DNA of 64,000 nt from Deltaproteobacteria bacterium (GTDB lineage Bacteria; Myxococcota_A; Polyangia; Fen-1088): NCBI GenBank assembly GCA_033763315.1, contig JANRKS010000002.1:448001-512000 (forward strand), in the 5' to 3' direction. A model generated the notes under the pieces. The model ran no database searches, was not told the DNA's origin, and saw nothing but the letters and a program-made list of their open reading frames with translations. Below, in pieces: positions 1 through 9,952 of this stretch (positions within the stretch are counted from its first letter, which is position 1; each line of letters opens with the position of its first letter). Made by a program: the position numbers and the translations under genes.

Positions 1-10
1 TCTCACGCGG

Positions 11-475
11 ATGAAAAAAGACAGGCGCGGCGCCAAGGCATCTGACTCCACCGCCAAAGATCCGGTGATCGAGGCCGCCAAAGAAGCAGCCAAGCGGGAG
101 CGCCGGCTCCGCCAACGCCGTGCGCACCTGCGCGTGCCGGTGAACATCGAAGTCGACTACAAGAGCGACGAGAATTTTCTGTTCGCCTACATCACCGATT
201 TGTCGGCGATGGGCATCTTCGTGAAAACCACCACGCCTTTGGCCCCCGGCGCGCGCTTAACCTTGCGCTTTAAGCCGCTGGGCGCACCCGAATTTGTGGT
301 GGAGGGCCAGGTGGTGTGGATCAATTCCTACCGGCCGGGTGACCCTGACAGCATCAACCCTGGCATGGGAATTCAATTCGTTGACATCGACCAGGACACG
401 CAGCGCCGCCTCACCCGGTTGGTCAAGACGTTTGCCTATCTGGACGACGAAGATTCAACCCTCGGCAACTCCTAG
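11..475 (+). CDS. PilZ-domain protein (myxobacterial TIGR02266-like)
   Basis: RRAHLRVP (RxxxR) and DLSAMGIFV (D/NxSxxG) motifs; C-terminal PGMGIQF. Confidence 0.85.
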   Translation: MKKDRRGAKASDSTAKDPVIEAAKEAAKRERRLRQRRAHLRVPVNIEVDYKSDENFLFAYITDLSAMGIFVKTTTPLAPGARLTLRFKPLGAPEFVVEGQVVWINSYRPGDPDSINPGMGIQFVDIDQDTQRRLTRLVKTFAYLDDEDSTLGNS

Positions 476-557
476 CGTTCTGGCGCCCGTGGGCTTACCG
501 CGCCTACAAAATGTTGGATTATTTGACAGCCTCGGCAACTGCTTGAAGACTACGTTG

Positions 558-830
558 ATGAGGCGCAGCGCCCACGCGGTAAACATCTTGGCTCGTCGTC
601 CGGCCGTGCCTGCTGAATCGCGCCTGACGGTGAAAACCCGAGCCGTGGCGGCCTTGCGGCGCACGCGACACGCCATCGAAGAGATCGAAGTGCAACTCGA
701 CGATATCCTCGATCACCTCCACGGCAAAAAGCCCTTGGCCCGAAGCGCTCCCGATCGATTGCGCGCTTCGGCCAATGAAGCGCGTGCGGCGATGGCCAGC
801 CTCACCGACTTTAGTGACATCTACGGTTAA
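558..830 (+). CDS. small helical hypothetical protein (start uncertain)
   Basis: 3' part of ORF 294..830 fills the gap between PilZ and CPBP genes; amphipathic helix pattern (HAIEEIEVQLDDILDHL). Confidence 0.5.
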   Translation: MRRSAHAVNILARRPAVPAESRLTVKTRAVAALRRTRHAIEEIEVQLDDILDHLHGKKPLARSAPDRLRASANEARAAMASLTDFSDIYG

Positions 831-855
831 CCCCGGGGGTGGTTCCGGCAACTTC

Positions 856-1605
856 GTGCCGCGCGTGAGCCCGCTGCGCGAAGGCCTGGTGACGTTCATC
901 GCCACCACAGCGGTGGCCGCGGCGCTGTATTGGTTGGGGTTCGTGATCCCATTCGTTGGGCAAAACCTGCACGGCTTCATCGCGGTGCTGTTTCTTTACA
1001 GCCCGCTTTTGGCGTCACGCTGGTCGGGGCTGCCGTTCGATCACGCGCGCGAAGGCGGTCTTTCGTTCAACAGCCCTCGCCGCACATTGTTCACCTTGTT
1101 GCAGGCGATCTGCGTTTCGTGGCCGGTGTTTATCATCGGCTTCTTCTGGTTCTACGGTCACGCCTGCGCCGCCACCGGTGCTTCGTTCGCCGCGTGGTGG
1201 TGGCAAACGTTTGCGCCCATTTGCCCGCGTTGGTTGGGCAATCTGCATCCCCCGCTGCGGTGGCCGCCCGATTTCATCCTATTGGCGCTTTCGCAGTTCC
1301 TTGTGGTCGCGTTGCCGGAGGAACTCTTCTTCCGCGGCTATCTGTGGACCCGCATCGAGGCTCGCTTTGCCTCGCGCTGGCATTGGCTCGGCGCAAAGCT
1401 TGGCCCCGCGTGGTTGCTCTCAAGCTTCCTGTTCGCGGCCGGCCACGTGGCTGTGGATCTTGATCCGCGTCGCTTCGCGGTGTTCTTTCCGGCGTTGGTG
1501 TTCGGGTGGATGCGCGCGCGCAGCGGCTCGATCGTCGCGGGGCTCTCGTTTCACGCTTTGTGCAACTTGCTGTCTGACGTGTTGTACGAAACGTACTTTC
1601 GTTAG
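856..1605 (+). CDS. CPBP/Abi family intramembrane glutamic endopeptidase (myxosortase-like); start uncertain
   Basis: PEELFFRGY, FAAGH and FHALCN motifs; several TM segments. Confidence 0.85.
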   Translation: MPRVSPLREGLVTFIATTAVAAALYWLGFVIPFVGQNLHGFIAVLFLYSPLLASRWSGLPFDHAREGGLSFNSPRRTLFTLLQAICVSWPVFIIGFFWFYGHACAATGASFAAWWWQTFAPICPRWLGNLHPPLRWPPDFILLALSQFLVVALPEELFFRGYLWTRIEARFASRWHWLGAKLGPAWLLSSFLFAAGHVAVDLDPRRFAVFFPALVFGWMRARSGSIVAGLSFHALCNLLSDVLYETYFR

Positions 1606-2543
1606 CCGTGGGTCTCGGCCATCGCTTTGGCGATCTCGTCAGCACCCACGCGTCGATCGGTTCGGAACAGCAGCAGCGCGCGCTCCATCACGGCTTCCAA
1701 TTCGCGGAAGTTGCCGGGCCACGTGTGTTGCATCAGCGCTTCGATGGCCGCCGGAGCCAGTTCAATGCTGCGCCTTTGTTCGTCAGCGCTCGCGCGCTTC
1801 ATGTCTTGCGGCCCACGCAACGTTAACGGCACACCTGCCGCTTGCAAGATGCGGTTGCCCATCCACACGGCGGCCACGCCGGCGTCTTCGAGCCGTTCAC
1901 GCAAGGGCGGCAACCACAACACCACGCGAGCCAATCGATAATAAAGGTCGTGCCGGAATTGCCCCGCGGCCACCAGGCCTCGCAGATCCCGATCCGACAA
2001 GGCCACCACGCACACGCGCGCCGGTACTTCCTTGTCTTGCCCGCGCGGCCGGACTTTGCCGGTCTTCATGATGCGCAGAAGTTCATTTTGCACACGCATG
2101 CTGAGATCGGCGGCTTCCTCGATCAACAACGTTCCCTCGTGTGCTTCTTGCACCAGACCGGCGGTTTTGCCCACGCCGCACAGACGTTCCAGCGCAGACT
2201 CGTCGTCATAGCCGCACAAATCCACGCGCACGGCTTTGCCATGGGGCGCGATCATGTGAGCCATGGCGCGCGCCAAACCGCCTTTGCCCGTGCCGGGCTC
2301 GCCCAACAACAAGGCGTTTGTGCGGAACGGGCGATCTTGCAAACGATCAAGCACATCCAACACCGTGCCCATGGCGGGGTGCGGGGACGTCACCCGAATC
2401 AAAGCCGCAATCCATCGCGCCGAGCCGGGATCGAGGGAGGCCAGTTTTGGCGTCAGTTCACCAATGGCCACAGGGGCAGGGGGAGGCGGTTTCTTCTTCG
2501 AGCCACCGCGGGATTTCTTCGGAGAACTGGCTTTGCCTGGCAC
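1602..2543 (-). CDS. degenerate sigma-54-activator-type AAA+ protein lacking GAFTGA, sensor and HTH
   Basis: GEPGTGKG Walker A, QNELLR, FRHDLYYRL, LPPLRER, WPGNFRELE; no GAFTGA loop. Confidence 0.8.
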   Translation of the reverse strand: MPGKASSPKKSRGGSKKKPPPPAPVAIGELTPKLASLDPGSARWIAALIRVTSPHPAMGTVLDVLDRLQDRPFRTNALLLGEPGTGKGGLARAMAHMIAPHGKAVRVDLCGYDDESALERLCGVGKTAGLVQEAHEGTLLIEEAADLSMRVQNELLRIMKTGKVRPRGQDKEVPARVCVVALSDRDLRGLVAAGQFRHDLYYRLARVVLWLPPLRERLEDAGVAAVWMGNRILQAAGVPLTLRGPQDMKRASADEQRRSIELAPAAIEALMQHTWPGNFRELEAVMERALLLFRTDRRVGADEIAKAMAETHG

Positions 2544-2548
2544 TGTGT

Positions 2549-2971
2549 TTAGCCTCGTTTGACGCCCAAAAGCAGATCGGTGGTCGCCTGATCGGCGGCT
2601 GGGAACGGGTAGTGCTCAAACTCGTCCGACCGCACCCAACGAAAATCCGCCACGCGCAGCTTCTTGAGCTCTGGCTCTGCGTCACCGAGCGGGAACGTGG
2701 CTTCGTACAAAATCAGGTCCACGCCGTACCCCTCGTACTGGTGCGTCCGCTTGGCGATCGCTTTGCCCACCTCAACCGTGGCACCCAACCGTTCCAGCAA
2801 CTCACGTTTGAGCGCTTCTTCGTCCGATTCGTCGCCCTCAACGCGACCGCCCGGGAACTCCCACAAACCCGACAAAACGGCCGTTTTTCGGCGTTGCGTG
2901 ATGAGATAGGTGTCGTCTTTGGAGATCACGGCCGCAACCACGCGGATTCGCGGCGTTCCTGATGTACTCAT
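2549..2971 (-). CDS. MutT-like NUDIX (d)NTP pyrophosphohydrolase
   Basis: WEFPGGRVEGDESDEEALKRELLE Nudix box; FPAAD C-terminal motif. Confidence 0.9.
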   Translation of the reverse strand: MSTSGTPRIRVVAAVISKDDTYLITQRRKTAVLSGLWEFPGGRVEGDESDEEALKRELLERLGATVEVGKAIAKRTHQYEGYGVDLILYEATFPLGDAEPELKKLRVADFRWVRSDEFEHYPFPAADQATTDLLLGVKRG

Positions 2972-3092
2972 GAGTTGGCGGAGTAAACCACGGGTGGGCC
3001 TTTGGGGGAACCCCCTTGCGTGTAACGCAGGCGCATCCATACAGGCCCAAGGAAGGGGTGGTGGGGGCAAAGCTCCGTGCTACATAGGCAGC

Positions 3093-3521
3093 ATGGGCAA
3101 GCGAGTGACTCCTCCCGAAGCGGCTGAACTGTTGAAGCAAGGCTGGCGCTACATTGATGTGCGCTCCATTCCCGAGTTCGAGGCCGGGCATCCTGAGGGC
3201 GCGTTGAATGTACCCCTCTTGCACATGGAAAACGGCCGCATGGTGGGCAACCCCGACTTTCAAAAGGTGATCGAGGCCAATTTTAAGAAGGATGAGCCGC
3301 TTGTGGTGGGCTGCAAGATGGGCGGCCGATCGCTGCAAGCGGCCACGCTCATGGAGGCCGCAGGTTATTCTTCCGTGGTCGACGTTCGGGGCGGCTACGC
3401 CGGTGAACGTGATCCCTATGGCCGCGTTTCGGTGCCAGGCTGGGTCGATTCTGGTTTGCCTGTGTCATCCGCCGCCGCGCCCGGCGCCGCCTACGCAGAC
3501 CTCGCTAAAAAAGTGGGCTAA
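3093..3521 (+). CDS. rhodanese-domain protein
   Basis: IDVRSIPEFEAGHPEGALNVP; active-site loop CKMGGRS. Confidence 0.9.
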   Translation: MGKRVTPPEAAELLKQGWRYIDVRSIPEFEAGHPEGALNVPLLHMENGRMVGNPDFQKVIEANFKKDEPLVVGCKMGGRSLQAATLMEAAGYSSVVDVRGGYAGERDPYGRVSVPGWVDSGLPVSSAAAPGAAYADLAKKVG

Positions 3522-3584
3522 TCACCAAAGCGAAAAGGCCCGGCTCGCTCTCGCGATCATCGAGCCCCCGCGCTGTCGCCGTGT

Positions 3585-5438
3585 TTACTCTGGCAAGGCA
3601 ATGCCGTTGCGTTCGCACAGCGTGCGCACCATCTGGCGGTTCTTGTCGTCGAGTTTGTCGTAAGCCTTCGCGGCCGCGGCTTGGTCGCGCAACGAGCACG
3701 AACACACGGCAATGATTTGATACGCCCGCGCCATGCCCGGTCGCAAGCGCAAGGCTTTCTTCGACGCAACGATCGCCGCGGCAAACTGCCCATGCAACCA
3801 CGCGTCCTGCGCGTCCTTGATGAACTGATCTGGATCGCCTGCGGCTGCGGGTTCTTCTTCTTCCTTGGGTTCGGCCTTGGGCCGGGCCACCGGGGCAGGT
3901 GCTTCCGCAGCGGCGGGTTTAGGGGCGCGTTTTGGTGCCACGGCGGCCACCACCGGCTCTTGTGCGGGAGCCGCTTTGCAGTCAGCGATAAGCGCCGTGG
4001 GCGCGGCTGCGCCCGGAACTTGTTTCAAGATGCGCTCCGCCTCTTTACGGGCTTCTTCGCAGCGGCCCGCCGTCTTGTGCGCGGTGGCCACTTTCATGCG
4101 CGTCTCCACGAAAGTGTTCTGCACCTTGGTTAACAGCTCCGCCGCCTGCGGGGCGTAGCGGCTGTCAGCGGGAATGGCGGCTGCCAGCTTCTTCGACGGC
4201 TCAAGGCGGCCTGCCTCGGCTTCCACTTGCAGCCTCCCCAGCGTCGCCTCAACGCTGCGATCAACGGCCACCTGCCGGCGTAGTGCCTTGCCCTCGGTAC
4301 CGTTCGCAAGTTCTGGCGGCAGCTGATCGAGCGCAGCGATCGCCTGATCCCATTTGCCTTGGTCAACGAGCGCCTTGACTGGATCAATCGAGGGGCCCGG
4401 GGCCGGAGGCGCCGGGGGTTCTGGCGCCGCAGCCACCGGGGGCGTGGCTGGGGCAGGTGGTGGCGTGGGCACGGGCTCCGCTGGTGGCGGTGTGGCCGTG
4501 TTGGTTGCCACGGCCTCTGGGGCTGTCGTTTTTTTGCTGCCACCCGCGAAGGCAAAGACGAGCACAAGCACGAGCGCGGCGGCCACCGCGCCACCGATAA
4601 TTAGAGGTTTCTTAGATCCACGCAGGCTCGCGAGGCCCGCCGCACCCAAAACGTCGTCACCAACCAAATACTTCAGACGCACGTGACCAAGTTCGATCAC
4701 GTCGCCCGAATCAAGCACCATGCGCTCTTGTTGGGTGCCGTTGACCCGCACACCATTGGCGCTTTCCAGATCAACCACCACATACTTTTCACCGTCGCGG
4801 ATCACCTTGGCATGGTGACGAGAGATGGATTTGTGGTTGAGGATGATGTCGTTCTCAGCCGTGCGGCCGATGACCAGCGACGCGCGATCCAAAACGAATT
4901 CGGCGCCCGCCAGTTGCGTTGAAACCACCACCAAACGGCTGGTGGCCAGCTGGGGCCCGCCACTGAGCAGGCCCTGATCAGCCAACGTGCGCACGGGGAT
5001 CGTTGGAGCCCCTTCGATCACGTCGCTTGGAGCGGCGGACGACGACGACACGGGCGCTGAAGGTGCAGGCGCCATCGGTTGCGGCGCCGTGGGTGGTGGT
5101 TCGCTGGCCACGCGGGGCCGTGCGGAACCGTATCCCAAGGTTTTCGCTTCGTCGGCTTTGAGACCCAGCTTGTAGTCGCCGATCAAGATCTGATCGCCGT
5201 CTTTCAGGCCAGTCTTGGCGCCGATGAGCGTGCCATTGACCTTGATGCCGTTGTAGCTCGAAAGGTCTTCGACAAACAACACGCCGCCCTCTTTGATGAA
5301 GCGGGCGTGGCGACGGGAAATGTTCTGCTCAGTCAGGCGGACAGTGTTGCCCTCCTGTCGGCCGACAGTGATCTCGTCTCGTATAAGTGGAACGACGACG
5401 GTTTTTCCTTCGTCGTCCTCGATGATAAGTTTGTGCAT
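3585..5438 (-). CDS. double-FHA membrane protein with Pro-rich linker and TPR-like C-terminus
   Basis: two GR...SRxHA...DLxSxNG FHA signatures, one TM helix, Pro/Ala linker, helical repeats. Confidence 0.85.
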   Translation of the reverse strand: MHKLIIEDDEGKTVVVPLIRDEITVGRQEGNTVRLTEQNISRRHARFIKEGGVLFVEDLSSYNGIKVNGTLIGAKTGLKDGDQILIGDYKLGLKADEAKTLGYGSARPRVASEPPPTAPQPMAPAPSAPVSSSSAAPSDVIEGAPTIPVRTLADQGLLSGGPQLATSRLVVVSTQLAGAEFVLDRASLVIGRTAENDIILNHKSISRHHAKVIRDGEKYVVVDLESANGVRVNGTQQERMVLDSGDVIELGHVRLKYLVGDDVLGAAGLASLRGSKKPLIIGGAVAAALVLVLVFAFAGGSKKTTAPEAVATNTATPPPAEPVPTPPPAPATPPVAAAPEPPAPPAPGPSIDPVKALVDQGKWDQAIAALDQLPPELANGTEGKALRRQVAVDRSVEATLGRLQVEAEAGRLEPSKKLAAAIPADSRYAPQAAELLTKVQNTFVETRMKVATAHKTAGRCEEARKEAERILKQVPGAAAPTALIADCKAAPAQEPVVAAVAPKRAPKPAAAEAPAPVARPKAEPKEEEEPAAAGDPDQFIKDAQDAWLHGQFAAAIVASKKALRLRPGMARAYQIIAVCSCSLRDQAAAAKAYDKLDDKNRQMVRTLCERNGIALPE

Positions 5439-5533
5439 CGAACCCTTGTTGGAGCGCCGCTAGGGGGGTGTCGCCGACTTTAGCCGTGGCGTGAGCCGTT
5501 GGTCAAGCTGCGACCGCGCGGAAAGCCAAGCAA

Positions 5534-5797
5534 TTACCCCACCCTAAGAATCGCTGCCGCTATCACGATGGCCATCCCCAAAACGAACGCCGCCACGACG
5601 ATGGCAACCGCGAGGTTTTTGTTTTCCTGCAGCTCCTGCCGGTTGTTGTAAGGGGTGATGAGCTCCCAAATGTAATAACCGAACACAAGCAGGACCATGC
5701 CCAGCACGCCGAACAGCGACACATCCAACACAGCTCGCCACAATGGCGGAGGTGCGCCTGGTGTCGCGCTGAGCAGGCAGGACAAAGCCCCTGGCAT
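5534..5797 (-). CDS. DUF350-family small membrane protein
   Basis: ELITPY...ELQENKNLAVAIV pattern between two TM helices. Confidence 0.8.
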   Translation of the reverse strand: MPGALSCLLSATPGAPPPLWRAVLDVSLFGVLGMVLLVFGYYIWELITPYNNRQELQENKNLAVAIVVAAFVLGMAIVIAAAILRVG

Positions 5798-5815
5798 GGG
5801 CGGCAGAATACCGCG

Positions 5816-6757
5816 CTAGATGCTTTTTAGGTTGGGGTAGGACGCGAAAAGATCGTTTTGCGTCAAAGAGTCGGTGGGATCGGCCGGGGTCCAGATCACT
5901 TCAAGGCCCAAAAGCTCCTGCGGCCCCACCGCCCCTAAGGCCGTGATCACGCTTTCGACCTGGGTGTGATCCGTAACTTCTTTCCAGGTACCCACCGGCT
6001 GGCGCGTGGCTACGATGACGGTCACAACGATGAACTCCAGCACCTCGGCACTTTCGGGCAGCACTTCGGCCGCTTTGCGTACCGTGCCGTCGGCGCTGCG
6101 CACACGCTCCACGTCGAAGCGAGAACGTTCGGCCAAAGCAAGGCTGTTCGTCCGGCTTTCGCCCTGAGATAGGGGCAACGGCCCTTCCGACAAAACACCT
6201 GCGTACCGGATCGAGTCCTTTTCCCGCGTGAGCTCAAGCGCTGTCTGCGACAGCAGCGCGGCCAACCCGCTTTCAGAAGACGTGTCCCCCTCCTCGGCGA
6301 ATTTCGACAGGCGATCCTGAAGCCCGCGCGCCGAGCGGCCCAACGCCAATTGCAGCTTGTAGACGTAAGCGCGATCGGGGCGCACATCTTGATCGTAGTC
6401 ATCGTGACCGCCGTAGGCGCCTTGCATGCCACCGCTGCGCCGAGCGGCGTTGCGGAACGAGCGAAAAACATAAAAGCCCGCCAAACCCAGCATGCCCAGC
6501 ATCAATAAGCTGCCCATGCCGCCGAACCCGCCGATGCCATAGCCCCCCATGCCCCAGCCGAAACCAGGCATCACAATCACATTTGACCCGCCACCGTAGC
6601 TCGGCCGATAGCTGCCCGAAGGCGAGCGGGTGGGGGAGGAACGAAAGCCGCCGCGCCCGCTGAAGCTGCCTCCCGATCGGCGTGCGAACGCCTCAGTGGT
6701 TGTGGCCAGCAGCCACACAGCCAACAACGTTACACATGCCCAGCGTAAAAACCTCAT
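5816..6757 (-). CDS. DUF1517-family protein
   Basis: signal peptide, RSGGSFSGRGGF Gly/Ser-rich region, TM, KLQLAL...ERSRF...EVIWTP...YPNL. Confidence 0.8.
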   Translation of the reverse strand: MRFLRWACVTLLAVWLLATTTEAFARRSGGSFSGRGGFRSSPTRSPSGSYRPSYGGGSNVIVMPGFGWGMGGYGIGGFGGMGSLLMLGMLGLAGFYVFRSFRNAARRSGGMQGAYGGHDDYDQDVRPDRAYVYKLQLALGRSARGLQDRLSKFAEEGDTSSESGLAALLSQTALELTREKDSIRYAGVLSEGPLPLSQGESRTNSLALAERSRFDVERVRSADGTVRKAAEVLPESAEVLEFIVVTVIVATRQPVGTWKEVTDHTQVESVITALGAVGPQELLGLEVIWTPADPTDSLTQNDLFASYPNLKSI

Positions 6758-6805
6758 AGCTGCAATCTAGCAAGGCGTGCTCGGCGGATCGATGTGAATA
6801 GGACG

Positions 6806-8119
6806 TTAGGAGCCCGTGGGACCGGCGATATCGGCCGTCCGTCCCAGCAAGACCGCTTGTGCCGCTGCCCGTTGGTTTGCAAGCGTGGCAAAGTAAGTGA
6901 GCAAATCGGGAACGCCGTCGATCAAACGCAGGAAATCGTCTTTGGGCAGGAATAAAGTTGTGGTTGGCGAGATCGCCGTGACCGTGGCGGACGTGGTGCC
7001 ACCGCCCAGCAGGGCCATCTCACCGAAAACGTCGCCTCGCCCTAAACGCGCAAGCGGCACGGGTCCGTTAGGCCCTTGCGAGGAAACCTCGACTTGCCCA
7101 ACCAGCACCACGAACAGACCTTGGCCGGCGGTGCCCTCGGTCAGGATCGGAGCCCCCACGTTGTATTCCACGCCTTGAAAGAGGCCCAACAACTGCGCCC
7201 TTTGCTCAACGGTAAAAGGTGCAAAAAGCGCCGAGGTGCTCAGCAGATTTTTAAGCAGTCGCTCACGCGCGAAACGATCCAGCGCTTGCGCTACGCCAGG
7301 CTCGGCTTGGGCCAGCGTGGCCAATACGTGGCTTGGTACGATGATGGCTTCAACATCGCTTGCCGCCACCACGGAGGCCGATCGCGGCTCGGCAGAGACG
7401 ACGGCCATTTCGCCCAACAAAGCCCCTTCTTGAAGCCGGGCGATCTCATGCGGTTGCCCTTCGGCGTCGGTTGTAAACACCACCACGTCTCCGGAGGCCA
7501 CATAAAACAAGCTGTCGCCGGGCTCGCCCTGGGTCATCAATAATTCCGATGGTGCGAAGGTGCGGCGTTGAGCTTCGGCGAGCACGGCCGCCAACGCTGG
7601 CGCTGCAAGCTCTGACAACAGCGGCAGGGGGGCCACGAACGGCGCGGGGGGCGGCAGCGCGGCGAAGTCACACGCCATCGCGAACCCTGTTTGCGCGGCC
7701 TCATCCAACGACTCTGGCAAGGGCAGCACGGGAATCGGGGTCATGGGATCAAGCGCGGGTGGTCGGGTGACCACTTTGGCCAAGAAACCAGAAGTGCAGG
7801 CATAGCGTTCTGCCAACGCCAACAGGCGCGGGCGCGTGTCCTCCCCTGCAGCCTGCAACATCTTGAGAGCGGACAGGGCGCGCAGGGGCAAGCCGGCGGC
7901 CGTCAGATGATCGGCCAAGGCGGCCAGCAGGTGGATCGCGTGGGCCTTATGTCCAGCCTGGGCGTAGATGGCGGCCATGGCAAACCGCGGCGCCAAAGCG
8001 GCTGGCGCGGCGGTCAAAATATCGATGCACGTGGCGAGCGCAGGGGCGAATTGGCCGGCGCGGACGTGTTGGCCGAGGACTTCTTTGGCTTCTCCCAATC
8101 GACGCGTCATGGGCTGCAA
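6806..8119 (-). CDS. tandem cyclic-nucleotide-binding-domain protein with TPR-like N-terminus
   Basis: LGEMAVVSAEPRSASV and FGEMALLGGGTTSATV cNMP motifs. Confidence 0.85.
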   Translation of the reverse strand: MQPMTRRLGEAKEVLGQHVRAGQFAPALATCIDILTAAPAALAPRFAMAAIYAQAGHKAHAIHLLAALADHLTAAGLPLRALSALKMLQAAGEDTRPRLLALAERYACTSGFLAKVVTRPPALDPMTPIPVLPLPESLDEAAQTGFAMACDFAALPPPAPFVAPLPLLSELAAPALAAVLAEAQRRTFAPSELLMTQGEPGDSLFYVASGDVVVFTTDAEGQPHEIARLQEGALLGEMAVVSAEPRSASVVAASDVEAIIVPSHVLATLAQAEPGVAQALDRFARERLLKNLLSTSALFAPFTVEQRAQLLGLFQGVEYNVGAPILTEGTAGQGLFVVLVGQVEVSSQGPNGPVPLARLGRGDVFGEMALLGGGTTSATVTAISPTTTLFLPKDDFLRLIDGVPDLLTYFATLANQRAAAQAVLLGRTADIAGPTGS

Positions 8120-8245
8120 GGGTATCTCAAGCCGCCTGTTTTCGGGTCAAGATGCTCTAGAGGTTGAAAAACACGTCACTTTTCCTCACAGGTTGCGCGA
8201 CTTGGCTTGTGCGAGGGGGGCGCCAATTGGTAAAACAAGCGGTTC

Positions 8246-8833
8246 ATGGACAAAGAATCGGAGCGCGCATTCGTGGAGGCGTTTACCTCAGCGCTGGTCT
8301 CCTTGCCGTTTGATATGAAGGTTTTGGTCGAGGCGGTGGTGGACCCCGATCTGTCAAGTGCGTCGCGGGAGATTGCCGCGGCCACGCTCATTCACATGTT
8401 CAATCCTAAGGATGGTCATGTGGAGGCATACCTGCGCCACGCGGAGGACGTGGTGTTTGTACGTTTGGCGTTGAAGAAGATTGTCGAGGAAGGCACAGAG
8501 GCTTCACGCGATTTTCAAAGCCATTGGTCTGAATCATTCGAGAAGCTGGACGCCGAGCTTGCCAGTTACCGCAAAGCCTTTGGTGATGCGCTGATTGATT
8601 GGATGGATGGCCGCTGGGCTCATCTGCGCAAGGGCGTTTACTCGAAGAAGCCTGCGTCTGCCTTCGTAAAGGACGAAGAGTTGGCGCAAACGCTTTACGA
8701 CCATGCCAGCGATTTTTCCACTGACTATCCTGTCACGGAGCGCTCTGTGGCTGGTCGGGTACGTCAGCTTTCAAGCTTTGTTGAGCATCTGCAGCGCAAG
8801 CGGGATCAAGACAAGCTGATGATTCACAAGTAG
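8246..8833 (+). CDS. hypothetical helical protein (possibly DUF1232-like)
   Basis: clean 195-aa ORF in gap; FNPKDG...AEDVVFVRLAL resembles the DUF1232 core. Confidence 0.65.
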   Translation: MDKESERAFVEAFTSALVSLPFDMKVLVEAVVDPDLSSASREIAAATLIHMFNPKDGHVEAYLRHAEDVVFVRLALKKIVEEGTEASRDFQSHWSESFEKLDAELASYRKAFGDALIDWMDGRWAHLRKGVYSKKPASAFVKDEELAQTLYDHASDFSTDYPVTERSVAGRVRQLSSFVEHLQRKRDQDKLMIHK

Positions 8834-8946
8834 GCGCGCTTTTCGACGCGTGTGCGTGCCCGCGCGTGCCATGTGCTGCCTTTCCGGTGCGGCGCCTGGC
8901 CGCGTGTGCTATCTCGTGCCACCCTTTTTCAGCACCGCTGCATTTC

Positions 8947-9945
8947 ATGTCTGACGCGCTTGCCACCAATCGTCCCTTCGGCACCGAGCCGGAAGATCTG
9001 CTTCGTATGGCTTGCCAAGTGGCCGAGACGGGCGCCGCTGTGCCCGACGAAGTCACAGAGGCTGCGCGTGGGCTATCGTCGGGGTTGGTACAAACGGCCC
9101 CCGCTCGCCTGCGAGGCGCGGTGCAATCGTTGCTGATGTCGCAGCATCCGGGCTTGGGGTTGCAGTGTTTGCACCGCACGGGCGCGCTCGACATCGTGCT
9201 GCCCGAGTTGGCGGCCACCGTGGATTTTTCACAAGAAGCGGGCCGGCGCCACAAGGACGTGTGGGAGCACACCAAGCAAGTGGTGCTGCAAAGCGCGGCC
9301 GATCCCATCGTGCGTTGGTCGGCTTTGTTGCACGACATCGGCAAGGTGCCGACGCGCGTGATGCACGCGAACGGCAAGGTTACGTTTCATCGCCATGCTG
9401 AAGTGGGCGCGAAGATGTTTGATAAAGTGTCGCGCCGTTTCGATTTCGAGCGTGGCGCGCGCGGGGACATCCGCTTTTTGATCTACAACCACCTGCGCGC
9501 CAACGCGTACAGCCCTGGCTGGACCGACGCAGCTGTGCGTCGCTTCGACAAAGAGATGGGCAACCGCTTGCAATGGTTGGTGCAACTGTCGCTGGCCGAT
9601 GTCACCTCGCGCCGCCCGGGCCGCAAACAAGAGGCCGCTTTCAATGTCGAGCAGCTGATGAGCCGCATCCTGCAGATCCGCGAGCTCGATGCGCAGATCC
9701 CGCCGCTGCCACCCGGGCTTGGCAACGCCATCATGGAGGCTTTCAAATTGCCGCCGTCGCGTCAAATCGGCGAGCTGCGCGCATTGTGCGAAAAAGCCGT
9801 TGAAGATGGCGTTCTAGAAGAGCGCCGCGATGCCGACTATTACGTGGCGTATCTCATCAGCCAAGGTTTTGCCGCGCCGCCGGTGAACGTGGCCTCCGAG
9901 AGCCCGTTCATGTGCGCACCCGATGAGCCGCACGGGCACGAGTAA
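8947..9945 (+). CDS. HD-domain protein homologous to the C-terminal half of CCA-adding enzymes
   Basis: VLPEL, HKDVWEHT, ALLHDIGK, FHRHAEVGA, WTDAAVRRF, LSLADVTS; no nucleotidyltransferase head. Confidence 0.85.
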   Translation: MSDALATNRPFGTEPEDLLRMACQVAETGAAVPDEVTEAARGLSSGLVQTAPARLRGAVQSLLMSQHPGLGLQCLHRTGALDIVLPELAATVDFSQEAGRRHKDVWEHTKQVVLQSAADPIVRWSALLHDIGKVPTRVMHANGKVTFHRHAEVGAKMFDKVSRRFDFERGARGDIRFLIYNHLRANAYSPGWTDAAVRRFDKEMGNRLQWLVQLSLADVTSRRPGRKQEAAFNVEQLMSRILQIRELDAQIPPLPPGLGNAIMEAFKLPPSRQIGELRALCEKAVEDGVLEERRDADYYVAYLISQGFAAPPVNVASESPFMCAPDEPHGHE

Positions 9946-9952
9946 GCGGTAC

